This document shows, piece by piece, positions 29,875-43,059 of a stretch of 64,000 bases of DNA (position 1 is its first letter; each line of letters begins with the position of its first letter). Made by a program: the position numbers and the translations under genes. Below the pieces are notes generated by a model that ran no database searches, was not told where the DNA came from, and saw only the letters and a list, made by a program, of their open reading frames with translations. The stretch comes from Leptolyngbyaceae cyanobacterium. GTDB taxonomy: Bacteria; Cyanobacteriota; Cyanobacteriia; Phormidesmidales; Phormidesmidaceae. The stretch is taken from assembly GCA_965263355.1 (NCBI GenBank), contig CBDHHL010000056.1, forward strand, positions 1,120,001 to 1,184,000, read 5' to 3'.

Positions 29875-32463
29875 ATGGCTCAGTCATCTGCAGATAGTAC
29901 GTTGGCCCGTTTGTCACAGGGCACTATGCCTGGTCGGCTTAAGGCTCAGGTTCAGCATTTATCTAAACCCAGATTTATTGAGCTTCTGGAGTTGATTATC
30001 CAAGAATTTGAGTACTTTCTCAAAGCGATCAACCTGATTAATAATCAATCCTTAGAAACGCTGCTAGAAGAGCTGTTGGAGGCGTTTACCTTAAAAATCG
30101 GCCAGATTCTTGAGGCGGATCGCACTACTATCTTCATTGTTGATCATGGGAATCAAGAACTTTGGTCAAAAATAGCCCAGGGAGAAGGGGAAAAGGCCGT
30201 CGAGATTAGAATACCGATGAACAGAGGTATTGCTGGCTATGTGGCTGAGACCAAGAAAACCCTTAATATTCCAAATGCCTACGCTGATCCAAGGTTTAAT
30301 AAGGCAACCGATGAGGAAACGGGGTATCGCACTAACAATATTTTGTGCATGCCTATTTTTAGCAACGACGTTAATGTGGTCGCGGTTGTCCAGCTGTTAA
30401 ATAAAATTGGCGGCAATCAGTTTACCCTCCAAGATGAAAAAGAATTTGAATCCTTTGCTCGCTCCATCGGCATACTCCTGGAGAGCTGTAATTCGTTTTA
30501 CACGGCGGCACGCACCCAAAAAGGGCTGAATGCCTTGTTAAATGCGATTTCTTCCTTGGAACAGAGTTTAGACCTAGAGGTGACGCTACAGTCGGTAATG
30601 GCCGAGGCCCGCAAGCTGATGCAGGCTGATCGCAGTACCTTGTGGCTGATGGAAATGGATAGCAATCAGCTATGGTCTAAGGTGCAAAGTGCAGATGGCA
30701 CAAAGCTTGTAGAACTGCGCCAGGCCAATGATAAAGATAGTATTGTGGGCTATGTGGCCTCCACGGGGGAGACTCTGAATATTCCCGATGCCTACAGAGA
30801 TAGCCGCTTTGATAGTTCGGCTGATGATCGTACGGGCTATCGTACCCACAGTATTTTATGTATGCCGGTGTTTGACTCAGCAGGCAAGATCATGGGGGTG
30901 ACCCAGCTGATTAATAAAAACCAAGGGTCCTTCACTCGTTCAGATGAGTCCTTTATGCGGGCGTTTAATACTCAGGCCGGTATTGCCTTAGAAAATGCTC
31001 AGCTTTATGAAAATGTGTTGCTGGAAAAGCAATATCAAAAGGATATTCTTCAAAGTCTTTCAGATGCAGTGATCTCCACCGATATGGGGGGGCGCATTGT
31101 CACCATTAATGAAGCGGCTTTGAGCCTATTGGGTTGCCCGACCGAAGTCCCAACGATAAATCCGGAGGTTTCCCTGGAGGCGCTACAGCAAACTTGGGAA
31201 GAGAGGCTAACGGGTCGTTTGATTTGGGAAGTGGTGCCGATTGAAAATTTGCGATCGCGCCTAGCCGACAGTTTAGAATTTGGCACCGAGCAGTACGTCC
31301 CAGAACAAACACTCCAGGTAGCCGTGGCAGCCATTGACGGACAACAGGCATTGCTAGTGCCCGCAGAAATCCGTAGCAAACCCTCCACATTTATGCCCCA
31401 GGAAAATACGGAGGTTGATCAAACCTATTATCTTTGGGGCCATAAAGCCAGAGCCATTAATGCCCCCAAGAATTTGCAACAGTTAGCGCACAGCATCAAT
31501 TTAACCGTAAATCCCTTAACGAATCCGGGTGGGGGTGTCCGAGGTGGTCTGGTCGTTCTAGAAGACATCAGCCAGGAAAAGCGGATGAAGACCACACTCT
31601 ATCGCTACATGACTCCCAGTGTGGCAGAGCAGGTCATGGCCCTTGGGGAAGATTCTTTGATGGTGGGCCAACGTCGGGATGTGACTGTACTATTTTCCGA
31701 TATTCGTGGCTACACTACCCTGACTGAAAGTCTGGAAGCCTCCCAGGTGGTATCCATGCTCAATGAGTACTTTGAGACCATGGTGGAAGCTGTCTTTAAC
31801 CACCAGGGCACCTTAGATAAGTTTATTGGCGATGCCCTGATGGCCGTCTTTGGGGCACCGTTGCCCTTGGAAAACCATGGCTGGTCAGCGGTAGAATCGG
31901 CCTTAGATATGCGGGAACGACTGATTCACTTTAACCGCTCCCGGCAGGCTAACAATCAGCCAAAAATCAATATTGGCATTGGTCTAAGTTCTGGGGAAGT
32001 GGTCTCTGGCAACATTGGTTCCCGTCGCAAAATGGAATATACAGTCATCGGCGATGGGGTGAACCTCAGTTCACGACTGGAAGGGGTAACTAAGCAGTAC
32101 GGCTGTGACATCGTCATGAGTGAGCATACCTATAACCGCTGTCGTGACTTAGTTTGGGTGAGGGAACTCGATCTGATTCGGGTCAAAGGTAAGACTAAAC
32201 CAGTTAAGATTTATCATCTGATTGGTAGTCGGCATAGTGACCAATTAGATGCCAATACCCAAGATTTTTTAGATCTCTATCAGCAGGGTCGCCAGGCCTA
32301 TACGTCTCAAAAATTTACTCGTGCCTTGGACCTATTTACTCGCGCTAAGAAAATAAGTCCCCACGATCAAGCGGTAGAGGTTCATATAGATCGCATTCAT
32401 TCCTATTTGAAGAATCCACCGCCGGCTAATTGGGATGGGGTGCATGTGATGATGACCAAATAA
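29875..32463 (+). CDS. Class III adenylate cyclase, GAF-GAF-PAS-CYC-TPR (CyaB1-like)
   Basis: Two NKFDE-type GAFs, PAS, LFSDIRGYT, DKFIGDA, EYTVIGDGVNLSSRLE. Confidence 0.92.
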   Translation: MAQSSADSTLARLSQGTMPGRLKAQVQHLSKPRFIELLELIIQEFEYFLKAINLINNQSLETLLEELLEAFTLKIGQILEADRTTIFIVDHGNQELWSKIAQGEGEKAVEIRIPMNRGIAGYVAETKKTLNIPNAYADPRFNKATDEETGYRTNNILCMPIFSNDVNVVAVVQLLNKIGGNQFTLQDEKEFESFARSIGILLESCNSFYTAARTQKGLNALLNAISSLEQSLDLEVTLQSVMAEARKLMQADRSTLWLMEMDSNQLWSKVQSADGTKLVELRQANDKDSIVGYVASTGETLNIPDAYRDSRFDSSADDRTGYRTHSILCMPVFDSAGKIMGVTQLINKNQGSFTRSDESFMRAFNTQAGIALENAQLYENVLLEKQYQKDILQSLSDAVISTDMGGRIVTINEAALSLLGCPTEVPTINPEVSLEALQQTWEERLTGRLIWEVVPIENLRSRLADSLEFGTEQYVPEQTLQVAVAAIDGQQALLVPAEIRSKPSTFMPQENTEVDQTYYLWGHKARAINAPKNLQQLAHSINLTVNPLTNPGGGVRGGLVVLEDISQEKRMKTTLYRYMTPSVAEQVMALGEDSLMVGQRRDVTVLFSDIRGYTTLTESLEASQVVSMLNEYFETMVEAVFNHQGTLDKFIGDALMAVFGAPLPLENHGWSAVESALDMRERLIHFNRSRQANNQPKINIGIGLSSGEVVSGNIGSRRKMEYTVIGDGVNLSSRLEGVTKQYGCDIVMSEHTYNRCRDLVWVRELDLIRVKGKTKPVKIYHLIGSRHSDQLDANTQDFLDLYQQGRQAYTSQKFTRALDLFTRAKKISPHDQAVEVHIDRIHSYLKNPPPANWDGVHVMMTK

Positions 32464-32510
32464 ATGAATCCCACGCTAAAATTAGCGATGCAATTTTTTG
32501 GGGAGGCCCC

Positions 32511-33239
32511 ATGGCTGAGCGGCAAAAGCTCTACGAAGGCAAGGCAAAGATTCTCTATGCTACTGAGGACCCGGCAGTATTGGTGACCTATTTCAAAGAT
32601 GATGCTACTGCATTTAATGCGCAGAAGCGGGGCACCATCGCCAATAAGGGCCGGATTAACAATGCGGTATCTACCCACTTGTTTAAGCTGCTAGAGGCCC
32701 AGGGAATTGCCACCCATTGGATTGATTCGCCGAATGAACGGGAGATGCTGGTCAAGCCGGTGACCATTGTGCCGTTGGAAGTGGTGGTGCGTAATCTGGC
32801 GGCGGGCAGTCTCTGCCGGCAGACGGGGCTCCCCTTGGGTACACTGCTGACACCGCCATTGGTAGAGTTTTACTACAAAAATGATGATTTAGGTGATCCG
32901 TTGCTGACTCGCGATCGCATCCGGGCGATGGCCATTGCCAGTGACGATATCGTTAACCAGCTGCAACAGATGGCCCAACGGATTAACCAAATACTGAAAA
33001 ACTTTTTCAACAGCTGCGATATTACCCTAGTTGATTTCAAACTAGAGTTTGGCACCCTGACCGACGGCACCCTAGTTCTGGCCGATGAAATCAGCCCAGA
33101 TACCTGTCGGCTATGGAACCAAAACGAAACCGATGAATCCCAACGGGTAATGGATAAAGACCGATTCCGACAGGATTTAGGGAACGTGGAATCAGGATAT
33201 CAGCAGGTGTTAGATCGAATTCTGGCACATACAAATTAA
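32511..33239 (+). CDS. purC: Phosphoribosylaminoimidazole-succinocarboxamide synthase
   Basis: LYEGKAK, FKDDATAF, PLEVVVRN, DFKLEFG, DEISPDTCRLW, DKDRFR; GGAGG RBS before ATG 32511. Confidence 0.97.
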   Translation: MAERQKLYEGKAKILYATEDPAVLVTYFKDDATAFNAQKRGTIANKGRINNAVSTHLFKLLEAQGIATHWIDSPNEREMLVKPVTIVPLEVVVRNLAAGSLCRQTGLPLGTLLTPPLVEFYYKNDDLGDPLLTRDRIRAMAIASDDIVNQLQQMAQRINQILKNFFNSCDITLVDFKLEFGTLTDGTLVLADEISPDTCRLWNQNETDESQRVMDKDRFRQDLGNVESGYQQVLDRILAHTN

Positions 33240-33443
33240 GCAATGGGGGAGACGGTGCGGTAGAATCTTTCAGAAAATATTAAATTCTGTTCACATTTTT
33301 CCAGACGTTATCGATAGCGTTTTTGGAAAAAGTGGTTAGTACTTGGGAGTTAGCTATGGACCCCCAAGCCGAATTTAGTGTATGTCATTAACAGTGGCTA
33401 TCGCTGCTGTTCCTATGTGGTGTAAGGAGTACGTTTTTCGCCT

Positions 33444-35825
33444 ATGCGCTTTTCGCCGACTCTATTGGCCTGTTGCACCGTTGCGACATTGTTTGGGGTG
33501 CCCGTACTCGCAGTCGATGCGGCTGAACCTTCAACAGCTGCGGCAGATGATGCCCTGCTAACTGCTGCTCAGTCTACCGAATCAGCGTTAGAGGCTGAGA
33601 CTACTGGCACTACAGAAACCACCAGCATTGCAGCTACAGATGTTGCTACAGGAGAGGATGTTGCTACAGGTGAGACTGACAGTACAGAGGACCTGCCTCT
33701 GCCACAGCCTGAAAACGCAGATGAGACCGTTGCAGCAGCCCCCATTAAGTTACCCGTAATTGAAGCTGAACCATCGCAGGAAGATGCTCTGGTGGTTCAA
33801 GAAACTGTTCAAGAAACGACAGCCCCCCCAGCAGAGACTCGCGAGGAAACACCAGAGGAAACCCTACAACGTCTTTTAGAGGGTATTGGTCGACCGGCTG
33901 AGCCCACGCCCCCCACGGCGGAAGAACTGGAGGTGACTCCCGATGATACCCCAGCCGCTGAGGAACCCGCTTCGGACGAGGAGGTGGTGGAAGAAACCCA
34001 GGACGAAGAAGAGGTGCAGGTCCTGGTAGCTGAGTTGGATGTGGTTACCCTGGATGGTAGTCAACTTGATCCAGAGTTGGAAGATATTGTTTATCAGGCA
34101 ATTACCTTGCGCCCTGGTCGGACGGCAACCCGCAGTCAGCTCCAAGACGATATTAATAACGTTTTTGCTACGGGCTTTTTCGCCAATGTCAGGGCTCGTC
34201 CCGATGATACTGATTTAGGGGTACGGGTTACCTTCGGTGTGCAACCAAACCCTGTCCTAACTGGGGTAAACATCCGCACCGATGGCTCGACAGAAAGCGT
34301 GCTACCTGCAGAAAAGGTCGATGAAATCTTTGGCGATCAGTACGGCAGCATTCTCAACCTGATTGATTTTCAGGACAGTATTTTAGAACTCAACGAATGG
34401 TATCGCGAGCAAGGCTATGTACTGGCGCAGGTAACCGCAGCGCCCCAGGTTTCAGATAATGGTGTGGCTACCCTGATTGTTGCCGAGGGGGTGATTGAGT
34501 CCATTGAAGTTCGTTATATCGATGAAGATGGCAATAGCATCGATGAAGATGGCGAACCCATTGATGGTAAAACTCGCTCCTTTATCGTCACCCGTGAATT
34601 TGAAGATGATTACTTTGAATCTGACGCAGTTAAGCCCGGAGATGTTTTTCAGCAGGACAAGATTCAAAGGGCTTTGCAGCGGGTATTTGGCTTGGGCATT
34701 TTTGATGATGTTCGTCTTTCTTTAGACCCTGGTGATGACGACCCGCGTAAGGTCAAAGTCGTGGTCAATGTCGATGAAGGCAATACAGGGTCAGTGGGAG
34801 CTGCCGTTGGTTTTAATCTTAGCGGTGATGTGTTTGGTAGTATCAGCTATCAGCAGGACAACCTGGGAGGCAACAATCAGACCCTACGCACTGAACTTCA
34901 GCTGAGTGAGCGAGAACTATTGTTCGATGTCAGCTTTACCGATCCTTGGATTGCTGGGGATCCGTACCGAACCTCCTATACAGTGAATGGATTTAATCGC
35001 CGTTCAATCTCTCTAATCTTTGATGGTGGCGATACCGACATTGATTTACCCAATGGCGATACTCCTCGGGTCAATCGCCTGGGGGGCGGTGTAACCTTTG
35101 GTCGTCCTTTGGATAATGGCTGGAGTGGTTCAGTGGGGCTGGAATATCAGCGGGTCTCCATTCGAGATAGTGATGGCGATCTTTCCCCTGAAGACCAGCT
35201 AGGCAATGATTTGAGCTTTAGCGGTGATGGGCGTGACGATCTTGTCAGTGTGCCTGTGAGCTTTGTTTGGGATAAGCGAAATGATGCCTTTGCGCCGACC
35301 AGTGGTAGTTTGTTGCGTCTTGGTTCGGAACAAACCATCCCCATTGGCAAAGGCACAATCTTTTTTAATCGAGTTAGAGCTAGCTACAGTCGTTATTTAC
35401 CAGTGGATTTCCTCAGCTTGGGTGAGGGACCCCAAACCATTGCTCTCAATTTGCAAGGCGGTACTGTCCTGGGTGACTTACCTCCCTACGAGGCTTTTTC
35501 TCTGGGCGGTACAAATTCGGTACGCGGTTTTGATGAGGGAGAGCTAGGGAGTGGTCGGTCCTTTGTTCAGGCAACGGCTGAATATCGTTTCCCATTGTTT
35601 ACATCTTTCCTAGGGGGAGCCTTGTTTGTTGACTATGGTTCTGACCTGGGCACCGGTAACAATGTCCCTGGTGATCCGGCTATTATTCGTGGCAAGCCCG
35701 GCGATGGGTTTGGGTATGGTGCCGGGATTCGCGTGCAGACACCCCTGGGAGCATTGCGTCTCGACTATGGCTTTGGCGATGGCGGTGATGGCCGACTTCA
35801 CTTTGGCATCGGGGAACGGTTCTAA
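33444..35825 (+). CDS. bamA: Omp85/BamA outer-membrane protein assembly factor
   Basis: Signal peptide, long acidic N-region, POTRA domains, SVRGF, C-terminal HFGIGERF; heads the lpx cluster. Confidence 0.92.
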   Translation: MRFSPTLLACCTVATLFGVPVLAVDAAEPSTAAADDALLTAAQSTESALEAETTGTTETTSIAATDVATGEDVATGETDSTEDLPLPQPENADETVAAAPIKLPVIEAEPSQEDALVVQETVQETTAPPAETREETPEETLQRLLEGIGRPAEPTPPTAEELEVTPDDTPAAEEPASDEEVVEETQDEEEVQVLVAELDVVTLDGSQLDPELEDIVYQAITLRPGRTATRSQLQDDINNVFATGFFANVRARPDDTDLGVRVTFGVQPNPVLTGVNIRTDGSTESVLPAEKVDEIFGDQYGSILNLIDFQDSILELNEWYREQGYVLAQVTAAPQVSDNGVATLIVAEGVIESIEVRYIDEDGNSIDEDGEPIDGKTRSFIVTREFEDDYFESDAVKPGDVFQQDKIQRALQRVFGLGIFDDVRLSLDPGDDDPRKVKVVVNVDEGNTGSVGAAVGFNLSGDVFGSISYQQDNLGGNNQTLRTELQLSERELLFDVSFTDPWIAGDPYRTSYTVNGFNRRSISLIFDGGDTDIDLPNGDTPRVNRLGGGVTFGRPLDNGWSGSVGLEYQRVSIRDSDGDLSPEDQLGNDLSFSGDGRDDLVSVPVSFVWDKRNDAFAPTSGSLLRLGSEQTIPIGKGTIFFNRVRASYSRYLPVDFLSLGEGPQTIALNLQGGTVLGDLPPYEAFSLGGTNSVRGFDEGELGSGRSFVQATAEYRFPLFTSFLGGALFVDYGSDLGTGNNVPGDPAIIRGKPGDGFGYGAGIRVQTPLGALRLDYGFGDGGDGRLHFGIGERF

Positions 35826-36691
35826 TGGCCAACGGAGAGGACGTTCAACATACGTTAGCGGCGTCTATTACTTGTACAGGTGTAGGGTTGCACCTGGGGC
35901 AAATAACGCAGGTAACTTTGTTACCTGCCAGTCCTGACAGCGGTCGTCATTTTGTTCGTACAGATTTAGGGGCTGAACTGATTCCAGCGGCTGTTTCAGC
36001 GGTAAGTCAAACCCGTTTGTCCACTCAATTGGGGGGGGCAGCAGAGCAATTTGTACGTACCGTAGAGCATTTATTGGCGGCCCTATGGGCGGCAGGTGTG
36101 GATAATGTTCGGATCGAAATTGATGGCCCGGAAGTTCCTCTGCTAGATGGGTCTTCCCGTGATTGGAGTAGTTTGATCCAGTCAGTGGGAACGGTGGCGC
36201 AATCTGTGCCACGACGCGTCTGTGCACCGTTGAGTGAACCAGTAATTGTGCGTGATGGCGATGCCTATGTGATGGCAATGCCTGCTTCAGAGCTGCGTTT
36301 TAGCTATGGGATTGACTTTCCGGTAGCCGCCATTGGTAATCAATGGTATAGCTGGACGCCTGCTGGAGAAGACTTTATGGAATCCGTAGCTCCAGCTCGT
36401 ACATTTGCTATGGCCCATCAAATTGACGGTTTGCGATCGCAAGGCCTAATCAAAGGCGGCAGTCTTGAAAATGCTCTCGTTTGTGACCAAGATGGCTGGC
36501 TTAATCCCCCGCTGCGATTTGCAAATGAACCAGCACGTCATAAACTTTTAGACTTAGTAGGGGATCTCAGTTTATTAGGTGTTCTCCCTACGATGCATGT
36601 GACAGCTTATCGAGCCAGTCATAGTTTGCACGTGCAGTTAGCTCGTCAGTTAGCTGCTGTCTGTTTGGCAAAACCATCGGCTCCCGCTTAG
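35825..36691 (+). CDS. lpxC: UDP-3-O-acyl-N-acetylglucosamine deacetylase
   Basis: [40 protein letters not shown]. Confidence 0.96.
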   Translation: MANGEDVQHTLAASITCTGVGLHLGQITQVTLLPASPDSGRHFVRTDLGAELIPAAVSAVSQTRLSTQLGGAAEQFVRTVEHLLAALWAAGVDNVRIEIDGPEVPLLDGSSRDWSSLIQSVGTVAQSVPRRVCAPLSEPVIVRDGDAYVMAMPASELRFSYGIDFPVAAIGNQWYSWTPAGEDFMESVAPARTFAMAHQIDGLRSQGLIKGGSLENALVCDQDGWLNPPLRFANEPARHKLLDLVGDLSLLGVLPTMHVTAYRASHSLHVQLARQLAAVCLAKPSAPA

Positions 36692-36728
36692 CCGAGAACA
36701 CCTACGCCGTTGCTGTTAAAAACCGTTT

Positions 36729-37235
36729 ATGGCCACCGTTATTCAAGATAAAGCTAATACCACCAATCCGGAGTCTCAACCGGCCATCGCCGAGACCTCT
36801 ACTCCTATTACATTTAATCTAGAACAGATTCAGGCATTGTTGCCCCATCGCTATCCATTTGCCCTGGTTGATCGCATCATTGACTATGTTCCTGGCAAAC
36901 AGGCAGTCGGCTTAAAAAATGTCACCTTCAATGAACCTCACTTTCAGGGCCACTTTCCTGGGCGGCCCATTATGCCTGGGGTGTTAATCGTCGAAGCCAT
37001 GGCTCAGGTGGGCGGCATTGTCCTCACTCAAATGCCTGGTGTTAATGGGTTATGTATGTTTGCCGGGATCGACAAAGTGCGGTTTCGCCGCCCTGTTGTG
37101 CCAGGTGACCAGCTGGTTATCACAACAGAATTGCTTAGCGTACGCGGGCTAAAATTCGGCAAAATGCAGGCCAAGGCTGAAGTTGATGGCCAATTGGTGT
37201 GTGAAGGCACCCTTATGTTTTCTGTGGTTGAGTAA
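36729..37235 (+). CDS. fabZ: 3-hydroxyacyl-ACP dehydratase
   Basis: [30 protein letters not shown]. Confidence 0.97.
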   Translation: MATVIQDKANTTNPESQPAIAETSTPITFNLEQIQALLPHRYPFALVDRIIDYVPGKQAVGLKNVTFNEPHFQGHFPGRPIMPGVLIVEAMAQVGGIVLTQMPGVNGLCMFAGIDKVRFRRPVVPGDQLVITTELLSVRGLKFGKMQAKAEVDGQLVCEGTLMFSVVE

Positions 37236-37242
37236 ATAATCA

Positions 37243-38067
37243 ATGCTTCCAACTGCTCTGATTCATCCCACGGCGGTCGTTCATCCCAGGGCCCAGGTTC
37301 ACCCCAGTGTGAAAGTGGGACCCTATGCTGTAATTGGGGAAAAGGTCAGCGTTGGTAAAGACACCGAAATTGGTCCCCATGTGGTGTTAGACGGTCACAC
37401 CGAGATTGGTGAACGCAATCGGATTTTTACCGGAGCTGCCATTGGTTTAGAGCCCCAAGACCTCAAGTATGATGGTTCCGAAAGTCTGGTGTCGATCGGC
37501 GACGATAACAACCTGCGGGAATATGTCACCGTTAACCGACCAACGCGGTTTGGTGAAATCACTCGTTTAGGTAATGGTAATTTGCTGATGGCCTATGCCC
37601 ATGTCGCCCATAACTGTGTGATTCAAGATAGCGTTATTATTGCCAACTCGGTAGCTTTGGCCGGTCATGTTCACATTGAATCCAATGTCCGGATTAGCGG
37701 TCTTGTTGGCATTCATCAGTTTGTTCACATTGGCCGCCATGCCATGGTGGGTGGAATGAGTCGGATTGAACGTGATGTTCCTCCCTACATGATGGTAGAA
37801 GGTAATCCATCACGGGTGCGGGGGCTTAACCAGGTAGGATTGAAACGTTCGGGCATTGGCGATTTAGAAGCCGGTCGTGTATATGACGAACTCAAGCAGG
37901 CATATCGTTTACTCTATCGGTCTGGGCTCACATTTAGTGAGGCCCTGAACAAATTAGACTCTATTGCCAATAACGAATACGTGCAACATCTACATCGATT
38001 TTTGGTGGCCTCCCAACAAGCTAGTCGACGAGGTGTGATTCCAGGGCGTCTGATCTCTCGATCTTAA
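37243..38067 (+). CDS. lpxA: Acyl-ACP-UDP-N-acetylglucosamine O-acyltransferase
   Basis: Hexapeptide repeats, PQDLKY, AHVAHNC, LAGHV, HQF. Confidence 0.96.
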   Translation: MLPTALIHPTAVVHPRAQVHPSVKVGPYAVIGEKVSVGKDTEIGPHVVLDGHTEIGERNRIFTGAAIGLEPQDLKYDGSESLVSIGDDNNLREYVTVNRPTRFGEITRLGNGNLLMAYAHVAHNCVIQDSVIIANSVALAGHVHIESNVRISGLVGIHQFVHIGRHAMVGGMSRIERDVPPYMMVEGNPSRVRGLNQVGLKRSGIGDLEAGRVYDELKQAYRLLYRSGLTFSEALNKLDSIANNEYVQHLHRFLVASQQASRRGVIPGRLISRS

Positions 38068-38070
38068 GTT

Positions 38071-39285
38071 ATGTCCAATTTGATTGCTTCTGAGCGGACG
38101 CTACGAGTGTTTATCCACACAGGAGACGTTTCTGGGGATATGCAGGGTGGCTTGTTGGTGAAAGCCCTAGAACGCCAAGCTGCCAGACGCAGGATCGCCA
38201 TTGAGATTACGGCCATGGGGGGGGACCGAATCGCGGCGGCTGGCGCTAAGCTCATAGGCGATACCGTATCGGTCAGTTCCATTGGTTTTCTGGAAGCATT
38301 GCCCCATATTGCAGCGGCACTAAAACTCAATCAACAGGCTAGGCAACATCTTAAAGCCTTGCCGCCAGATGTCGTCGTCTTGATTGACTATATGGGTCCC
38401 AATGTAGCGATTGGCAAATTTATTCGTCGGCAGTTTCCCAAGCTGCCTATTGCCTACTACATTGCACCCCATTTGTGGGTTTGTGCGACAATACCTGGAG
38501 ATACGGCTAAGATTTTGTCGGTTTCCGATCGAATACTAGCAATTTTTCCAGAAGAGTCCCGTTATTACCAAGAAAAGGGGGGACAGGTCTCCTGGGTAGG
38601 GCATCCTTTTTTGGACAGATTTGCTGATTATTGTCCAAGCTTGGCCAGGCAAAAGGCCCGTCAACGGTTAGGTCTGACGCCAGACGATAGGGTTATTACC
38701 CTGTTGCCAGCTTCTCGACAACAGGAATTAACCTATGTGCTACCAATTATGTTTACGGCGGCCCAACAGCTTCAGACTCAGCTGCCTCAGCTTAAATTCT
38801 TGGTGCCCCCGGCCCGTGAATCGTTTCGCAACACCTTAAATAATGCCCTTAAGGACTATTGTCTCACGGGACAAGTGGTCGCTCAAGATGAGCAAATGTT
38901 GGCAATTTCAGCCGCCGATTTAGCCATTACGAAATCGGGCACAACTAATTTAGAAATTGCCCTGATGGAAGTGCCCCAGGTCGTTATGTATCGGCTGAAC
39001 CGGTTGACTGCATGGCTAGCCGAATTTGTGCTGAAATTTTCAGCTCCCTACGTTTCCCCAGTAAATCTGGTTACTATGGAGCCGACTGTACCGGAGTTTG
39101 TGCAGTGGAATGCCCAACCCGATGATATTAGTCAAGCGGCACTCGATCTGCTGAATAATCCGGATCAACGTCAAAAAATGTTGGAGGGCTACAAAACAAT
39201 GCGACAGCATTTAGGTTCTGTTGGTGTTTGCGATCGCGCCGCCAATGAAATTCTAGATTTGGCCATTAAACCACGTCCCAGTTGA
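38071..39285 (+). CDS. lpxB: Lipid-A-disaccharide synthase
   Basis: GDVSGD, LIDY, YYIAP, VGHP, LLPASR..E, KSGT.NLE; cluster context. Confidence 0.95.
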   Translation: MSNLIASERTLRVFIHTGDVSGDMQGGLLVKALERQAARRRIAIEITAMGGDRIAAAGAKLIGDTVSVSSIGFLEALPHIAAALKLNQQARQHLKALPPDVVVLIDYMGPNVAIGKFIRRQFPKLPIAYYIAPHLWVCATIPGDTAKILSVSDRILAIFPEESRYYQEKGGQVSWVGHPFLDRFADYCPSLARQKARQRLGLTPDDRVITLLPASRQQELTYVLPIMFTAAQQLQTQLPQLKFLVPPARESFRNTLNNALKDYCLTGQVVAQDEQMLAISAADLAITKSGTTNLEIALMEVPQVVMYRLNRLTAWLAEFVLKFSAPYVSPVNLVTMEPTVPEFVQWNAQPDDISQAALDLLNNPDQRQKMLEGYKTMRQHLGSVGVCDRAANEILDLAIKPRPS

Positions 39286-39339
39286 AATCTGTAGATTCTT
39301 CACCGGAAAAACGACCGTTCTGGACGTGGACAACGTTTA
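39267..39339 (+). repeat. 73-bp dispersed repeat / putative MITE, copy 2; overlaps the lpxB 3' end
   Basis: TAAACCACGTCCCAGTTGAAA...GGACGTGGACAACGTTTA. Confidence 0.85.
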
Positions 39340-39435
39340 ATAAAGCCTGTGCTGAAATATGGGTGGAATATTATTGGCCGATTTAGCACCCGAGCAGGGT
39401 AACATGCGTCTGAGAAAGCGTACGGGAGAAAAGGA

Positions 39436-40101
39436 GTGAACATTACTGAACTATTTGCCAGAGGTGGGGTGGCCATGTGGCCCCTGTTAGTCCTATCAGT
39501 AATCGCCCTTGGCACAATTATGGAGCGCATCTGGTTTTGGTCTCGTATCATCACCCGTGAGCGCGAAGTGGCCGGTCGTGTGCTAGAAGCAGCCCGCCGC
39601 GAATGGATCGCCGCCACCGAAATTGCCCAGCGAGCCCATCGGTTACCGATGGGACGTTTTCTCTACGCGGCCCTAAAACTAAAAGATCAAGATCCTGAAG
39701 TTTTTCGACTAGCCCTAGAGACAGCGGCCAACGAAGAATTAGCCGCCATGCGTCGAGGCGATAAGGTCCTGGAGCTGGTAATCGCAGTTTCTCCCATGTT
39801 GGGATTGTTAGGGACTGTTTTAGGCTTAATGAACTCCCTTGGGTCACTCAATCTCAATGATTTGGCCATTGGTAGCGCCACCAGCGGAGCCGCTGTTGGA
39901 ATTGGTCAGTCCCTAATCACCACCGCCACTGGCCTGATTATTGCCATTGTCAGCCTGATGTTTTATCGCCTATTCCAAGGTTTAGTCTTTGGCCAAGCAA
40001 AAGTCTTTCGCCAATCCGGTAGCGAACTAGAGCTGCTTTATCGTCAAGCCTGGTCCCTAACCGATGGTAAACCTAGCGAACTCGGCGCTTCTGTCAACTA
40101 A
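39436..40101 (+). CDS. exbB: ExbB/TolQ/MotA proton channel protein
   Basis: GG..MWPL, PMLGLLGTVLG, GIGQSLITTATGL; GGAG RBS before GTG. Confidence 0.9.
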   Translation: MNITELFARGGVAMWPLLVLSVIALGTIMERIWFWSRIITREREVAGRVLEAARREWIAATEIAQRAHRLPMGRFLYAALKLKDQDPEVFRLALETAANEELAAMRRGDKVLELVIAVSPMLGLLGTVLGLMNSLGSLNLNDLAIGSATSGAAVGIGQSLITTATGLIIAIVSLMFYRLFQGLVFGQAKVFRQSGSELELLYRQAWSLTDGKPSELGASVN

Positions 40102-40139
40102 ACCAATCTTCCTAACCTGCCCAAAAACTGAGCATCGCC

Positions 40140-40787
40140 ATGAAACTAGATTTAGACGAGCAACAAAACGGCGTTGTCATCGAGCTGTTACCCTTAGTCG
40201 ATGTCGTTTTCTGCATTCTCACCTTTTTTATCTTGGCGGCAGTTGGCAGCCGTCAGCAGGCGATTAGCTTAGACCTACCCAACGCCAGTACAGGCTCGGC
40301 ATTACCACCCGCTACCTTGACCACGGGTCGCGATCGCCTGTATGTCAGCGTTGATCCCATTGGTCGCATTTATATTGATCAAGACCCCATTTTGGAACAA
40401 AACCTGTTGGGACTGCTCGGCGACTTTTATACCGGTAATCCTCAGGGAATTGTGGTGCTGTATGCCGCCAAAGACTCCCGCTATGACGATGTTGTGCGAG
40501 TGTTAGATATCCTACGGTCTGTCGGTGGCAATCGTGTTGCCCTGGCCACCTTACCAGCCGGGACACGAGTACCATCAGCCCAAGACTCGTTGCCAAGTGA
40601 ACTGCCAGCGGATATTCAAGACTTAATCAATGGGGGTGGCTCAGGCTCAAATTTGCCAGACAGCGGCTTACCAGCTAGTCCCAGTCCCCTAAATCCATCG
40701 ACCACTACACCAATTCCCATAACTCCGGGTAGTGACCCATTGAGCAATCCGTCGCCTTTGCCAACATTGCCACCCGACGACGAATAA
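40140..40787 (+). CDS. exbD: ExbD/TolR family protein with a Pro/Ser-rich tail
   Basis: LLPLVDVVFCILTFFIL, LDLP.A, Y..VV.VLD. Confidence 0.88.
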   Translation: MKLDLDEQQNGVVIELLPLVDVVFCILTFFILAAVGSRQQAISLDLPNASTGSALPPATLTTGRDRLYVSVDPIGRIYIDQDPILEQNLLGLLGDFYTGNPQGIVVLYAAKDSRYDDVVRVLDILRSVGGNRVALATLPAGTRVPSAQDSLPSELPADIQDLINGGGSGSNLPDSGLPASPSPLNPSTTTPIPITPGSDPLSNPSPLPTLPPDDE

Positions 40788-40840
40788 TTATCAAGTCCGA
40801 GTTTGGTAAACCCGGTTAACAGACCCAGTTAACAGAACAA

Positions 40841-40874
40841 CCCATAGTGGCATTGCATGCAATGCCACTATGGG
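40841..40874. repeat. Perfect 34-bp palindrome between convergent exbD and eno (possible bidirectional terminator)
   Basis: CCCATAGTGGCATTGCA|TGCAATGCCACTATGGG. Confidence 0.8.
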
Positions 40875-40888
40875 CAAGAAAAGTAACT

Positions 40889-42196
<1,308 letters not shown>

Positions 42197-42426
42197 TTAC
42201 TTGTGGATTAACTATGGGCAAATAATCGGGGTGTATATAGAAGAAGTCGGTCAGTAGTCGTGCTAATCATGCCGTGCCCATGGCAAATAAATGCACGATA
42301 ACTCAGCATAGGTGCTATCCTGCCTTACCGATAGGGTCATGGCTCAAAATGTAAGGAAGAGCACATGGATATCCATCGGTATAGACTTCTGGGTGCTCAT
42401 AGAAACTGACCAGCGATAAGATTAGC

Positions 42427-42499
42427 TAAACCACGTCCAAGTTGAAACCCGTAGGGTCTTCTACGAAAAAGCTTCAGTTTTGGGCATGGACAACGTTTA
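42427..42499 (+). repeat. 73-bp dispersed repeat / putative MITE, copy 3
   Basis: TAAACCACGTCCAAGTTGAAA...GGGCATGGACAACGTTTA, ending 27 bp before the gloA ATG. Confidence 0.85.
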
Positions 42500-42526
42500 A
42501 ATCCAACTATTAAGGAAGAAGACGCC

Positions 42527-42949
42527 ATGCGTTTACTGCACACAATGTTGCGAGTGGGCAATCTGGACCAGTCCCTCCAGTTCTATTGCGATGTTTTAGG
42601 CATGACCCTGTTGCGTCAAAAGGACTACCCAGGGGGTAAGTTCACCCTGGCGTTTGTGGGTTACGGTGACGAAAGCGATCATACCGTTCTAGAACTAACT
42701 TACAACTGGGGCGTAGATGCCTATGACCTGGGTGAAGGCTATGGTCACATTGCCCTAGGTGTTGATGATATTTATAAGACCTGCGAAGAGATCAAAGCCA
42801 GGGGTGGGCAGGTTGTGCGAGAACCAGGTCCCATGAAACACGGATCGACCGTTATTGCATTTGTCAACGATCCTGATGGATACAAAGTAGAGTTAATTCA
42901 GCTCAAAGATAAATCTGCATCTAAGCCTGAGGCAGTAGCTACGGCTTAG
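42527..42949 (+). CDS. gloA: Lactoylglutathione lyase (glyoxalase I)
   Basis: [36 protein letters not shown]. Confidence 0.96.
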   Translation: MRLLHTMLRVGNLDQSLQFYCDVLGMTLLRQKDYPGGKFTLAFVGYGDESDHTVLELTYNWGVDAYDLGEGYGHIALGVDDIYKTCEEIKARGGQVVREPGPMKHGSTVIAFVNDPDGYKVELIQLKDKSASKPEAVATA

Positions 42950-43059
42950 GCTGGTGACTGGTGAGTTAGCAGCGCAGCGAACTAACCAGCGCAGCGTATT
43001 CACCATTCACCCACTTGATATACTGATTAATCGTTTCCCTGCCGAACCATTCAGACTCC

